Below are positions 1-8,934 of a stretch of 55,102 nucleotides of DNA, piece by piece. A program made the translations under genes and the position numbers. Origin of the DNA: a virus (lineage: Duplodnaviria > Caudoviricetes); the IMG/VR virus record IMGVR_UViG_3300046723_000197, positions 1 to 55,102 of that record. One strand, 5' to 3'. Each line of letters opens with the position of its first letter. Position 1 is the stretch's first letter. Below the pieces are notes generated by a model, which was not told the DNA's origin, ran no database searches, and saw only the letters and a list, made by a program, of their open reading frames with translations.

Positions 1-612
1 AAGCCGCCGTTCACCGCATCGCCGCAGCAGTACCTGGCGAAGCTGATCACCCAGGTGCGGTCCGGCCAGATGTTCGGCCCACCCGACGCCCCCGTGGCTG
101 ACAGTGACCGCAAGTCGGCGGTCACCATGCTCCATGCCTATGAGCGCCGGGGCGACCTGACCCCCGCTGAGGCGGCGCAGAGAATCGCCGCCGTGAGTGC
201 GGCGAGGACCACGGGCGAACTGGCGCAGTTGTTCGAGGGCCTGCCGCACCTGACCGATGGCATGGCACCATCGGTCCCGCGCCGCTCTGATTTCGGGCCA
301 GCCGAATACCGCGCCTCCGACACCGACCGTGAGCACGCCCGTGAACTGCTCGCCGTCCACGCGGCGGCGGGCCGGCTGCGGGGCCATGAATTCGATGCGC
401 GATCTCTCAAGGCGTCAGAGGCCGTAACCTGCGGAGATCTTGATACATTGTTCGCAGATCTTCCCGTTGTGGAGCAGGCCGCGTCCACAACGGAAGAGGA
501 CCACAGGGACGCCCAGCCCCTGTTCGGCCCGGCCGCGCTCGCCCTGCTGCACGGCAAGGCGGAAGACTTCGTCCCGGCGGCCAGGGCCGCCATGAATGGG
601 AAGGCGCACTAA
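1..612 (+). CDS. 5'-partial protein with two DUF1707 (SHOCT-like) domains, possibly the C-terminus of a portal or head-associated protein
   Basis: Frame is open from base 1. Two repeats of the type 'ASDxDRE...L..h...GRL...EF..R...A.T.GDL..LF.DLP'. Stop overlaps the protease start (TAATG). Confidence 0.6.
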   Translation, partial: KPPFTASPQQYLAKLITQVRSGQMFGPPDAPVADSDRKSAVTMLHAYERRGDLTPAEAAQRIAAVSAARTTGELAQLFEGLPHLTDGMAPSVPRRSDFGPAEYRASDTDREHARELLAVHAAAGRLRGHEFDARSLKASEAVTCGDLDTLFADLPVVEQAASTTEEDHRDAQPLFGPAALALLHGKAEDFVPAARAAMNGKAH

Positions 613-1619
613 TGGCGGCCATCTCGACTTCCGAGGCCAACGACCTCCCGGACAGTGCCTTCGCTTACATCGAGCCGGGAGGCGCCAAGGACCAGGAGGG
701 GAAGACAACCCCCCGCTCGCTGCGGCATTTCCCCGTCCACGACGCCTCGCACGTCCGTAACGCCCTCGCCCGCGCCAGCTCGTCCCCGTTTGGGGACAAG
801 GCGATGGCCAAGATCCGCACGATGGCCAAGAAGTTCGGCGTCCACGTCGGCGAATCGTCTATGTCCCGCGACTACGAGCGGCGCGAGGTGCGGATCACCA
901 GCCAGTTCCGCGATCTGGACCGGCCGATCGAGATGCGTGACATGGGCACCGAAGGCCGGTGGATCGGTGGCTACGCCACCGTGTTCATCCCCCGCGAGTC
1001 GAAGAACCTCGGCGGGTTCAAAGAGCGTGTCATGCCGACGTTCTTCAACGAGGTGCAGTCACGCGGCTGGAAGAACATTGACGACGCCACCGGGGTCGTC
1101 TGCCGGTATAACCATGACTCGAACATGGTGCTCGGCACGACCGAGGCTGACACGCTGCGGCTCTCGCCGGACCGCATCGGCCTCGACTACATGGTGAAGC
1201 CGCCCGAGTCCCGCGCTGACATCCGCGAACTGGTCGAGCGGCGCGACATCCGGTACTCCTCGTTCGCGTTCCGCTGCCACCCAGGCGGGGACGAGTGGGA
1301 CTGGCGCGACGGCCTGGCGCTGCGGACCCTGCATTCGGGTGACCTGATCGACGTGGCCCCCGTGCTCACCCCCGGCTACGGCGACACCACCTCGATGCTG
1401 CGGGCGTTCGACGCGGCGCTGTACTCGATCGCCGACTATGTCCAGGCTGAGGTCGAAGAGGTGCGGGCGTTCGCCGCCGACGACGACCTGCGCAAGTTCT
1501 TCGTCCGCAGCGACCGGCCCACCATGCCGGCTGCTGGCCCGCGCAAGGGGCTGTTCGGCCCGGCCGCGCTCACGTCGATCCTGCTCCGCCGGCGCGACCA
1601 GTGGGACGAAGAGGGCTGA
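612..1619 (+). CDS. HK97-family prohead protease (S78-like) with an N-terminal 'LPDSAFAY...RHFPVHD..HVRNALAR' domain
   Basis: Motifs IGGYATVF, LGGFKERV, YNHDSNMVLG, SSFAFR, DVAPVLTPGYGDT; lies upstream of the capsid gene. Confidence 0.9.
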   Translation: MAAISTSEANDLPDSAFAYIEPGGAKDQEGKTTPRSLRHFPVHDASHVRNALARASSSPFGDKAMAKIRTMAKKFGVHVGESSMSRDYERREVRITSQFRDLDRPIEMRDMGTEGRWIGGYATVFIPRESKNLGGFKERVMPTFFNEVQSRGWKNIDDATGVVCRYNHDSNMVLGTTEADTLRLSPDRIGLDYMVKPPESRADIRELVERRDIRYSSFAFRCHPGGDEWDWRDGLALRTLHSGDLIDVAPVLTPGYGDTTSMLRAFDAALYSIADYVQAEVEEVRAFAADDDLRKFFVRSDRPTMPAAGPRKGLFGPAALTSILLRRRDQWDEEG

Positions 1620-1623
1620 GTCC

Positions 1624-2184
1624 ATGAGACTCAATCCACGCAGGATCGCTATCGCCGGGGCTGCCGCGACCATCCTGGGCCTCGGCGGCTACGGCATCGC
1701 CTACGCCAGCATCCCCGATGGCGGTGGCGTGATCCACGCCTGCTACCAGTCCCCGCCGCCCGCCCACGGCGCGAACCTTCAGGTCATCGACACCGGCAAT
1801 GGCGGCTCGTGTGGCGGCGGCGCGGCCAGCGTCACCTGGAACCAGACCGGCCCGCAGGGACTGACCGGCGCTACGGGCGCTACGGGCGCAACCGGCGCCA
1901 CGGGTGCGCAGGGTCCAACTGGGCCATCGACCGGCGGCTCGACTGGGCTCGATCTCCAGATCATCGTCGCCATCTCAAATACCCGCGCCACGGCGACGTG
2001 TCCTGCTGATCACCCGTTCGTGTTCGGTGGCGGCGGAGCTGCTGTTTCGGCCACCTATTCCGCTCCGGATTCCTTGCCGTCTTCGAGCGAGCCAGAAGCC
2101 AGTAATACCCCGAACAGCTGGACCGCAGGAACGATTAGTGGCAATAACGACACGGTGACGGTCTGGGCAATCTGCGGGAAGTGA
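1624..2184 (+). CDS. Signal-peptide-bearing protein with a short collagen-like (GxT) repeat
   Basis: ATG at 1624; hydrophobic N-terminus (AIAGAAATILGLGGYGIAYA); IHACY motif; GPQGLTGATGATGATGATGAQGPTGP. Confidence 0.7.
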   Translation: MRLNPRRIAIAGAAATILGLGGYGIAYASIPDGGGVIHACYQSPPPAHGANLQVIDTGNGGSCGGGAASVTWNQTGPQGLTGATGATGATGATGAQGPTGPSTGGSTGLDLQIIVAISNTRATATCPADHPFVFGGGGAAVSATYSAPDSLPSSSEPEASNTPNSWTAGTISGNNDTVTVWAICGK

Positions 2185-2810
2185 CTGTGCCATCCGTCAC
2201 AGTCATCACGCCCACATGGCAGCGTCATGACGTGCTGCTGGATCGGTGCGTCCCGTCCGTGCAGGCGCAGGACTACCGCGATTTTGAGCACCTGATCATC
2301 TCGGACGGCCCTGACCGGGAACTCGCTAGGGCCAGCCTGCCGACGAACACGCGGCTGATCCAGCTTAATGAACATGATCCACGGGCTCGCTGGGGCCACC
2401 GTGCCAGGCTGCGTGGCGTCGAGGAGGCGGCCGGGCGCGTGCTCGCCTGGCTTGATGATGATGACAACTGGCGGCCCCGGCACCTGGCCACACTTGCTGG
2501 CCCGGCTATAGGCGGGTTCGCTTACTCGCGGGCCATGGTCCACGGGGGGAACGTGCCGGTGCGTATTGGCGATGGGAGTCCCGCCCATGGCCGGGTGCAG
2601 GTGTCGATGATCGCCCACGACGCGAAGATCCTGGAACTCGAAACGTGGCGCGACGAGACCAACTGGCCAGACTGGGACCTGGTACGTCGCTGGCTCACCT
2701 GTGGTATCCACCACGCCTCGGTTGATGAGGTGACCGTGGACCTCTACCCATCCGGGATAGACATGAAGGCCGGCGTTCTGGTCTCTTTTCCACCATGGCG
2801 GGAGAGCTGA
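2181..2810 (+). CDS. Glycosyltransferase family 2 (GT-A)
   Basis: VTVITPTW...SVQAQ..EHLIISDG and AWLDDDD motifs. Confidence 0.85.
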   Translation: MTVPSVTVITPTWQRHDVLLDRCVPSVQAQDYRDFEHLIISDGPDRELARASLPTNTRLIQLNEHDPRARWGHRARLRGVEEAAGRVLAWLDDDDNWRPRHLATLAGPAIGGFAYSRAMVHGGNVPVRIGDGSPAHGRVQVSMIAHDAKILELETWRDETNWPDWDLVRRWLTCGIHHASVDEVTVDLYPSGIDMKAGVLVSFPPWRES

Positions 2811-3295
2811 TGCAGATCGCCTGCTTCTACACCCAGCTGCACCCGGCCTGCAAGGCCACTCTCCCGCCGGGTACTGAGCTGGTGTGGACCGGCAGCGGCG
2901 ACGACGCCTACTGGAATGAGATCAGCAAGCGGTGGACCGGCTGGGATGACCTGCTGATCATCGAGCACGACATGAAACTCCACGATGAGGTCGTGCCGCA
3001 GCTCGAAGCCTGCAAGTCTGACTGGTGCACTTTCCCCTATGAGTACGGCCCCGGGTGGCCGGACGCGCCGCTGATCACCCAGGCGCTCGGCTGCACCAGA
3101 TTCTCCGCCGAGCTGCAGCGCGAGTTCACCACCGAACGGATCGCGGCGGAAGTGTCGAAGGCGGATCACATGCCACCGGAGCCGCTGTGGCATTACTGCG
3201 ACCTGTATATCCGCCGCGCCCTCACCCGGGCGGGCATGAAAGAGTGCCAGCACCGCCCCCTGGTGACCCACCACAGGGGCAGGGCGCTGGTGTAG
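2810..3295 (+). CDS. Small GT-A-like protein, paralogous to the N-terminus of 18448-19779
   Basis: RWTGWDDLLIIEHDM..HDEVVPQL..C...WC.FPY...LGCTRF shared with the paralog; ATG overlaps the previous stop. Confidence 0.6.
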   Translation: MQIACFYTQLHPACKATLPPGTELVWTGSGDDAYWNEISKRWTGWDDLLIIEHDMKLHDEVVPQLEACKSDWCTFPYEYGPGWPDAPLITQALGCTRFSAELQREFTTERIAAEVSKADHMPPEPLWHYCDLYIRRALTRAGMKECQHRPLVTHHRGRALV

Positions 3296-3306
3296 GATCG
3301 CCCCAG

Positions 3307-3418
3307 AGGACGGAGTAGGCCATCCCGTCCAGATAGGCCGCAGGGCCGGGGTAATTCCCCGCCTCCTGGCTGGAGCCCGCCGGGGATCACATCCCTACGG
3401 GCTTCGAGGAGGAGCCAA
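3307..3418 (+). promoter_or_regulatory. Conserved structured 5' leader (copy 1) upstream of the major capsid gene
   Basis: Shares GGACGG..TAGGCCA..CCGTYC, GGCCGCAG, CCTGGCTGGAGCCCGCCGGG and GGCTTC-AGGAGG with 19810-19928; TAGGAT -10-like box at 3293-3298. Confidence 0.65.
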
Positions 3419-4732
3419 ATGGCCAGCGAGGTTACCAAGAGGCTTCGGGACCGGCGTCTCAACGTGTGGGAGCAGTGCAAGGCTCTCGCCGACACCGCCG
3501 CCACCGAGAACAGGGCATTTTCCGCAGAAGAGCAGGGTAAGTGGGATGTCCTGAACGAGGAAATGGACACCCTCGACACCCGCATCAAGTCCGCGCTTGA
3601 CGCTGAGCAGCGTTCCGCCGAGGCCGACCAGGCGTTCAACCGCCTGCACGCCGACGCCGAGGGCAAGAAGATGGCGAAGGACCCGGCCGTCAAGATGCTC
3701 AACTCCGAGCTGCGCAAGTTCCTGCTCGGCGACAGCCGGGGCAACGCACCCGGTGGGGCCTACGAGGTCGCCCGCCCGGACAACAGCCGGATCAACTGGA
3801 ACTACGGCCCGGTCAACCTGGCCGAAGTCCGCAGGGCCGAGGCTGAGTACCGGACCCTGGTGTCCACCTCTGTCACCTCCGGTGGCAACCTGGTCCCGAC
3901 AGATTTTTATGACCAGTTGATTGCCCATTTGATTGAGGTCAGCGGAATCCTTCAGTGTGGCCCGACCGTGCTGAACACCGCAGGCGGCGAGAACCTGCAG
4001 ATCCCGAAGACCACGGCGCACTCCTCGGTGAGCGCCGCGACCAGCCAGACGGCGTCGCTGGCAGTGTCCGACCCCGCGTTCGGCCTGATCACCCTCGGTG
4101 CCTTCAAGTACGGCATCCTGCTCCAGGTCGCACGGGAACTGCTGGACGACTCCGGTGTGGACCTCGTCGGGTACCTGGCCATGCAGTCGGGCCGCGCATT
4201 GGGCAACAAGTTCGGTTCCGACCTGGTGACCGGCACCGGCACCACGATGCCGAACGGCCTGATGGCCACCTCCACGGTGGGCGTCACCGGCACCACGACC
4301 GGTAAGGGCGGCGCGGCCCAGTACAGCGACCTGGTCAACCTGGAATACTCGGTCATCGCTCCCTACCGTCAGAGCAAGTCCTGCTACTGGCTGGCGAGGG
4401 ACGCGGCGATCGGTGGGTTCCGGCTGCTGCTCGACGGCCAGTCGCGGCCCATCTGGGAGCCCAGCATGGTTCTCGGGTCGCCTGACCTGCTGCTCGGCAA
4501 GCCGCTGGTGGCGGACCCGTTCATGCCGGCGGTGGCCACTGGCGCCAAGTCGATCGCGTTCGGCGACTTCAGCCAGTTCTTCGTCCGCATCGTCGGCCCG
4601 GTCCGGTTCGAGCGTAGCGACGACTTCCTCTTTGGGACCGATTTGGTCGCTTTCAGGGCAATAATCCGTGGCGACGGCACGCTGGTTGACCAGACCGGCG
4701 CCATCAAGACCTTCCAGGGGCCGGCGACCTAG
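3419..4732 (+). CDS. Major capsid protein, HK97 fold, with N-terminal coiled-coil delta domain
   Basis: GGNLVPTDF, VARELLDDS..DL, LLGKPLVADPFMP, IAFGDFS, DLVAFRAIIRGDG; strong RBS. Confidence 0.95.
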   Translation: MASEVTKRLRDRRLNVWEQCKALADTAATENRAFSAEEQGKWDVLNEEMDTLDTRIKSALDAEQRSAEADQAFNRLHADAEGKKMAKDPAVKMLNSELRKFLLGDSRGNAPGGAYEVARPDNSRINWNYGPVNLAEVRRAEAEYRTLVSTSVTSGGNLVPTDFYDQLIAHLIEVSGILQCGPTVLNTAGGENLQIPKTTAHSSVSAATSQTASLAVSDPAFGLITLGAFKYGILLQVARELLDDSGVDLVGYLAMQSGRALGNKFGSDLVTGTGTTMPNGLMATSTVGVTGTTTGKGGAAQYSDLVNLEYSVIAPYRQSKSCYWLARDAAIGGFRLLLDGQSRPIWEPSMVLGSPDLLLGKPLVADPFMPAVATGAKSIAFGDFSQFFVRIVGPVRFERSDDFLFGTDLVAFRAIIRGDGTLVDQTGAIKTFQGPAT

Positions 4733-4736
4733 TACG

Positions 4737-4779
4737 TGAGCCCCGCCCGCTTATCCAAGGGCCTGGCGGGCGGGGCTCA
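4737..4779 (+). terminator. 14-bp GC-rich hairpin after the capsid gene
   Basis: TGAGCCCCGCCCGC / GCGGGCGGGGCTCA inverted repeat; no T-tract. Confidence 0.55.
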
Positions 4780-4802
4780 TCACCACAGCAGGAGGACAGG
4801 GA

Positions 4803-5378
4803 ATGGCAACTTACGGCAGCAACAGCACCGAGGAGCCGGGCCAGTACCCGACCACGGAGTGGAGCGACTTCGGCCTGCCCGAGCAGAACTTCGGCTCAGG
4901 TGCGCCTGGTGGCTCACCCACCTCCAGCCAGGTGGACGTAGGCGACACGAACGAGCCGGGCCAGTACCCCGACCGTGAGACCTTCACTGGCGTCGCCCTC
5001 GGCGGCACCGGCGCACCCGGCACCCAGGGGATCAACAGCGACCTGACTGGTGGCCCAGACACGATCCGCGTCACCAAGCCGACGTTCTACAAGTCGATCT
5101 ATGAGCTTGATGAGCCGGGGGCCGTCTGGGACGAGGCGAACGGTGCCGGCTACAAGCAGATCGTCGTCCGCGACTCGATCTCCGGTCCTAACGACTGGAC
5201 CCAGGCGAGTGATGGCTCCTACGGCCCCGGCTACAACATGCCAGGCGTCGAAGGCAACACCCCGACCCCGGGCAGCGGCCAGTACCAGACCGGCGCGGGC
5301 AACGTCATGTATGGCGGGCGGCTGAACGGCACCGGCAACACCAGCCAGCACCCGTCGTGGTCGGGGCCTGGTACCTGA
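4803..5378 (+). CDS. Hypothetical Gly/Pro/Thr-rich protein, possible capsid decoration protein
   Basis: RBS AGGAGG; duplicated EPGQYP motif; directly follows the capsid gene. Confidence 0.65.
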   Translation: MATYGSNSTEEPGQYPTTEWSDFGLPEQNFGSGAPGGSPTSSQVDVGDTNEPGQYPDRETFTGVALGGTGAPGTQGINSDLTGGPDTIRVTKPTFYKSIYELDEPGAVWDEANGAGYKQIVVRDSISGPNDWTQASDGSYGPGYNMPGVEGNTPTPGSGQYQTGAGNVMYGGRLNGTGNTSQHPSWSGPGT

Positions 5379-5379
5379 C

Positions 5380-5610
5380 ATGGCGTCCCAGTTCGCGCGT
5401 GCCGTAGCCAGTGCTCAGGCTGGCTACGGTGGGCGCGGGCGGGACGGCTCGTTCCGCGAGGCGCACAGCCAGCAGCACACCGATGCGATGGACCGCATGG
5501 ACACCCACGACCGGCGGCTCGCCGCGCTGGAGGCCCTGGACCCGTCCACTCTTCACGCGGCTACGGGGGAGATAGAGAAGCCGGGTCCGCAGAATTTCGG
5601 GGAGACGTGA
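5380..5610 (+). CDS. Hypothetical protein
   Basis: Tightly packed ORF in operon. Confidence 0.55.
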   Translation: MASQFARAVASAQAGYGGRGRDGSFREAHSQQHTDAMDRMDTHDRRLAALEALDPSTLHAATGEIEKPGPQNFGET

Positions 5611-5897
5611 TGGAAGACCTCACTGGCAGGTTCATGGCGAACCTTGTGCCCTCCTCGATGCAGGCGGGTAACACCACTGCGGACGACCCCCAGCTGGCCA
5701 TGACAGCCCCCGGCTCCCAGTCCGTTCTGCCGGTGCCCGACAAGATGGACGTGCTCCCGCAGCCGACCTTCACTAACAGCGCCCCGATCCCCGTCGTGCA
5801 CCCAGGCAAGCAGCAGCATGCCCCGTTCGCTCACGGGAACCGTGGCAACGGCACCTTTGAAACGATCAGCATCGGCGGAACGTGGAAGGAAGTTTAG
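5607..5897 (+). CDS. Hypothetical protein
   Basis: Overlaps previous stop; RBS GGAG. Confidence 0.55.
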   Translation: MMEDLTGRFMANLVPSSMQAGNTTADDPQLAMTAPGSQSVLPVPDKMDVLPQPTFTNSAPIPVVHPGKQQHAPFAHGNRGNGTFETISIGGTWKEV

Positions 5898-5899
5898 CC

Positions 5900-6085
5900 A
5901 TGCCCCAGCCCGTCTCGTCGCCAATCACCTCGACCCCATCGGTGGACGGCCAGCCGTATGACGCCACCTCGGAAGCGACTATCGGCCCCTGGGTGTCGGT
6001 CGATGACAGGAGCGGCCCCGCGAGCCTGCAGGGTGGCCAGGTGACCGGCGACTTCCCTAGCACTGCCCCGTGGCAGCAGGTCTAG
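5900..6085 (+). CDS. Hypothetical protein
   Basis: ATG at 5900 with RBS AAGGAAG; end converges on the minus-strand cluster. Confidence 0.5.
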   Translation: MPQPVSSPITSTPSVDGQPYDATSEATIGPWVSVDDRSGPASLQGGQVTGDFPSTAPWQQV

Positions 6086-6864
6086 CGCCTGCCCAGTTCG
6101 GTTAGCCGGCGGGTGAACGCCGGGTACCAGTCGATCTCTTCCCAGCCTGGCTGGCGCTGCGTGTCAAACTGCTGCCTGGTGAACAGCTCATCGACACCGA
6201 TTCCCCACTTCTGTGTCCAGCGGGCGAAGCATTCGGCGTCGTGGTACGGCCCGTTGAAGTTCTGCCGTGTCTCCATCACTTCGCCGATCTTCGGTGCGCC
6301 ACGCCAGAACCGGTCCAGCCCAATGTCGTTGTGCCGCATCTGCCAGACATGCTCGTCGTGGACTGACAGCCGGTCCGGGCAGGTTTGCAGGGCACGCAGC
6401 TCGTAGTCGGCTTCGGGGCCGCCGATGGCGCGGAACCGCTCATCGAACCAGCCGGTGGCGTTAAACCCGGCGAGTGACTGCAGCTGGACCGTGTCACCGT
6501 GCGGGGCGATATAGGTGTCATAGGTGCTGGTGATCAGCTCGTGCCAGCCGGGCAGTACCACCACGTCGTCCTGGGACATCAGGCACCAGTCGCGGGTCTC
6601 GAACGTGTGCCGCATGCACTGGTTCCAGCACCAGGCGATGCTCCCGGTCTCCCAGGAGGAGCGGAAGATGTTCCGCCATATCTTCACCTGCGGGTAGACG
6701 GCCTCGATCTCGCTGTAGTCCACGGTGGGGTCGTTGGCGATGAGATTGACCGTCTCGAACTTGAACGATTCCAGCCAGCCCTTGATGGTGGCGCTCAATG
6801 TGGCCAGCCGGCGGAAGCTCACGATCCACAGGGATACCTCGTCAGGTGTCACGGGTCCAGCCAT
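6082..6864 (-). CDS. Glycosyltransferase (GT-A/GT2-like)
   Basis: IAWCWN, LMSQDDVVV, GWFDERF..GGPEADY motifs. Confidence 0.75.
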   Translation of the reverse strand: MAGPVTPDEVSLWIVSFRRLATLSATIKGWLESFKFETVNLIANDPTVDYSEIEAVYPQVKIWRNIFRSSWETGSIAWCWNQCMRHTFETRDWCLMSQDDVVVLPGWHELITSTYDTYIAPHGDTVQLQSLAGFNATGWFDERFRAIGGPEADYELRALQTCPDRLSVHDEHVWQMRHNDIGLDRFWRGAPKIGEVMETRQNFNGPYHDAECFARWTQKWGIGVDELFTRQQFDTQRQPGWEEIDWYPAFTRRLTELGRR

Positions 6865-7082
6865 TCGATTACGGTGCCGTATTCGGGGTGGCCATGGACC
6901 TTCTCCAGGTCATCCCAGCTTGCCCAGATTGAGTGCGAGCGGAACTCGGTGAGCCAGCGCACGCAGGCGGTCCCATCGCTGAAGACGACGCCCTCAAACT
7001 GAACTTCGTCCGGTGGGTTAGCCGTTCCCTGTTCGTAATATTCAGGTGGCGGGCTGGGGCGGTAACAGCGGAACCTTCTCAT
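6849..7082 (-). CDS. Small conserved-looking phage protein
   Basis: EGVVFSDGT..VRW...S..W......VHGH; overlaps both neighbours. Confidence 0.6.
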   Translation of the reverse strand: MRRFRCYRPSPPPEYYEQGTANPPDEVQFEGVVFSDGTACVRWLTEFRSHSIWASWDDLEKVHGHPEYGTVIEWLDP

Positions 7083-8569
7083 AGCTCCTCCAGCAGGGCG
7101 GTGCCGCGTGCCACCAGCACCTCATCGAGCGGCGGCGCGTGCAGCGGGGCGCAGTTCAGCAGGGACAGGGCGGCGATCACCATCACGTCGTGGGGGACCT
7201 CGCCGCCGAGCCATTCCCCCAGTGCAGCCATATGCTGCGGGCGCGACCGCCAGGGCCTGAAATCGCCCCGCCTGGCCCGCCCCCAGTGGACGATCATCCC
7301 CGCTACCAGTTTCGCCAGGTCGTAGCGCCGGTCACCCCAGCGGGTCTTGTCGGCGAAGTCTTCCCGCCAGTCGATACCGGTGAACGCGCCATCGGGGGAG
7401 ACGATCACGTTGCCGAGGTTGAAGTCGCCGTGGAAGGTGACTGGCTGGCACCCGCGTTCCAGCTCGCCCCACCTGACGCGGGCCACAGCATGCTGCGCCA
7501 TCTCGCGCAGTCCCGGCCGCAGCATCGCCACGCGGGTGAGCGTCTTCCCCCGGTAGAACCGGTCACAGTCCGGTGCCGGGTTCAGCACCCGCACCGTGCG
7601 CCACAGGTCACGCTGCGCCCAGTCCAGCAGCCGGGGCACGAGGTCAGGGTCACCCTCGGCGGCCTCATAAGCAGGGACGCCCGCCACATACTCGTAGGCG
7701 AACATGTGTGGCCGGGTGCCGGTCAGCTTCGGCACGGCGGCGGCGATGTCAGCCTGCCGCCGGACACGCCTGGCCAGCGAATCCCGATCTTCGCGGAACT
7801 TGACCACACGCCCCCGCTCAGGCAGCACATAGGTCACCTCACCCGGCTTGACCCAGTCGTAACCAGAACGTGCCGCGACCGCCCGTGCATAGGCTGTCTC
7901 GTCGCCGATGTCGGTCCAGCTGATCCGCCGCACAAACAGCGAAGCGAACCTGACCAGCTGGTCAAGCCCGCCGGTCACCTGCCGCTCCCCGGCGAGCAGG
8001 CCCGAGGTGGTGATGCCACCCCAGAAAGACGGCAGGTCACGGCGGGTGATCATCGCCAGCCCGGTGTAGGCGTCGCCAGCCGCTGGCCCGGGGACCTTGT
8101 CGTAGATCGCATACGCCATATGGGTGCTGGGGGAAGAGCTGATCCGGCACCACCGTTCGGGTGCGGTGCCCGCCGGGATAGGTGCGACCCCCGCCCAGGA
8201 TTCCCCGCCGTGCCACAGCGCATCATCGGCCGCCCACAGCGTGTCGCACGAGGCGAAGATCAGGTCATCGCCGCCCACTTCACTGCGGGCAGCGAGCAGC
8301 GAAGTGCCGGGACCGCCGCGCGGCTTATCCCAGCCGGGCACGGGAACGAAGGTGATCTTGTGGTCGGGGTGGGCCAGGTCCAGGTAGTCCCGCACCTGCT
8401 CGGCGCGGTAGCCGGTGCAGACGATGATCCTCGCGCCAGGCGGGGCCAGGCCGATCTGATGGGAAATGACCGCCCGCCCGTCGAGTGGCACCAGCGCCTT
8501 ATGCAGGGCGTCACCAGCCCGGCCCATGCGGGTGCCAGGACCGGCGGCAAGGATGACGAACGCTGTCAT
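7079..8569 (-). CDS. Sugar nucleotidyltransferase fused to an APH/choline-kinase-like phosphotransferase
   Basis: N-terminal VILAAGPGTRM...KAL; C-terminal HGDFNLGN..IDW...GDRRYDLAK. Confidence 0.85.
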   Translation of the reverse strand: MTAFVILAAGPGTRMGRAGDALHKALVPLDGRAVISHQIGLAPPGARIIVCTGYRAEQVRDYLDLAHPDHKITFVPVPGWDKPRGGPGTSLLAARSEVGGDDLIFASCDTLWAADDALWHGGESWAGVAPIPAGTAPERWCRISSSPSTHMAYAIYDKVPGPAAGDAYTGLAMITRRDLPSFWGGITTSGLLAGERQVTGGLDQLVRFASLFVRRISWTDIGDETAYARAVAARSGYDWVKPGEVTYVLPERGRVVKFREDRDSLARRVRRQADIAAAVPKLTGTRPHMFAYEYVAGVPAYEAAEGDPDLVPRLLDWAQRDLWRTVRVLNPAPDCDRFYRGKTLTRVAMLRPGLREMAQHAVARVRWGELERGCQPVTFHGDFNLGNVIVSPDGAFTGIDWREDFADKTRWGDRRYDLAKLVAGMIVHWGRARRGDFRPWRSRPQHMAALGEWLGGEVPHDVMVIAALSLLNCAPLHAPPLDEVLVARGTALLEEL

Positions 8570-8934
8570 GTCCGGCCGTAATCGTCTTCGAGGCGGGTCG
8601 TGTCGGTGTCATCGTCATAGGTGGACACTTCGAGGTAGACCAGCGGTCCCACAACCTGGTGCGCCACGCCGGGCCTGATCCGCACCATGGCCCCGTCGCC
8701 ACCAAGGGTCACCTCGCCGGCTTCGACATGGCCACCGCCGGACAAGATGATGAGCAGCTCGTCCTTGCGGTCGTGGCGCTGCATTGATGTCCGGTGACCT
8801 TCCTGCACAGTCAGGTACTTGATTGTCAGGTCGTGATGGGGGTCATCGAAGCACCGCATGAACCCCCATGGCCGGTGATCGGTCCGTCCGCTCGCCAGAA
8901 GCTGGGCGAGCAGATCAGCCGTGGGCGATGGCAT
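8566..8934 (-). CDS. Cupin protein, mannose-6-phosphate isomerase type II C-terminal-like
   Basis: RPWG...TS.Q.H..K.E...LSG.G...PGVAH...LEVST...D..RLEDDYGR. Confidence 0.8.
   Translation of the reverse strand: MPSPTADLLAQLLASGRTDHRPWGFMRCFDDPHHDLTIKYLTVQEGHRTSMQRHDRKDELLIILSGGGHVEAGEVTLGGDGAMVRIRPGVAHQVVGPLVYLEVSTYDDDTDTTRLEDDYGRT

Noticed and set aside
3914-3936. Possible match of array A unit 28243-28287 (CA CT TT CA TC CT AT GA) to capsid QLIAHLIE
   Set aside because: Only 3 of 8 exact plus two Leu swaps; suggestive but within chance for a 55-kb search.
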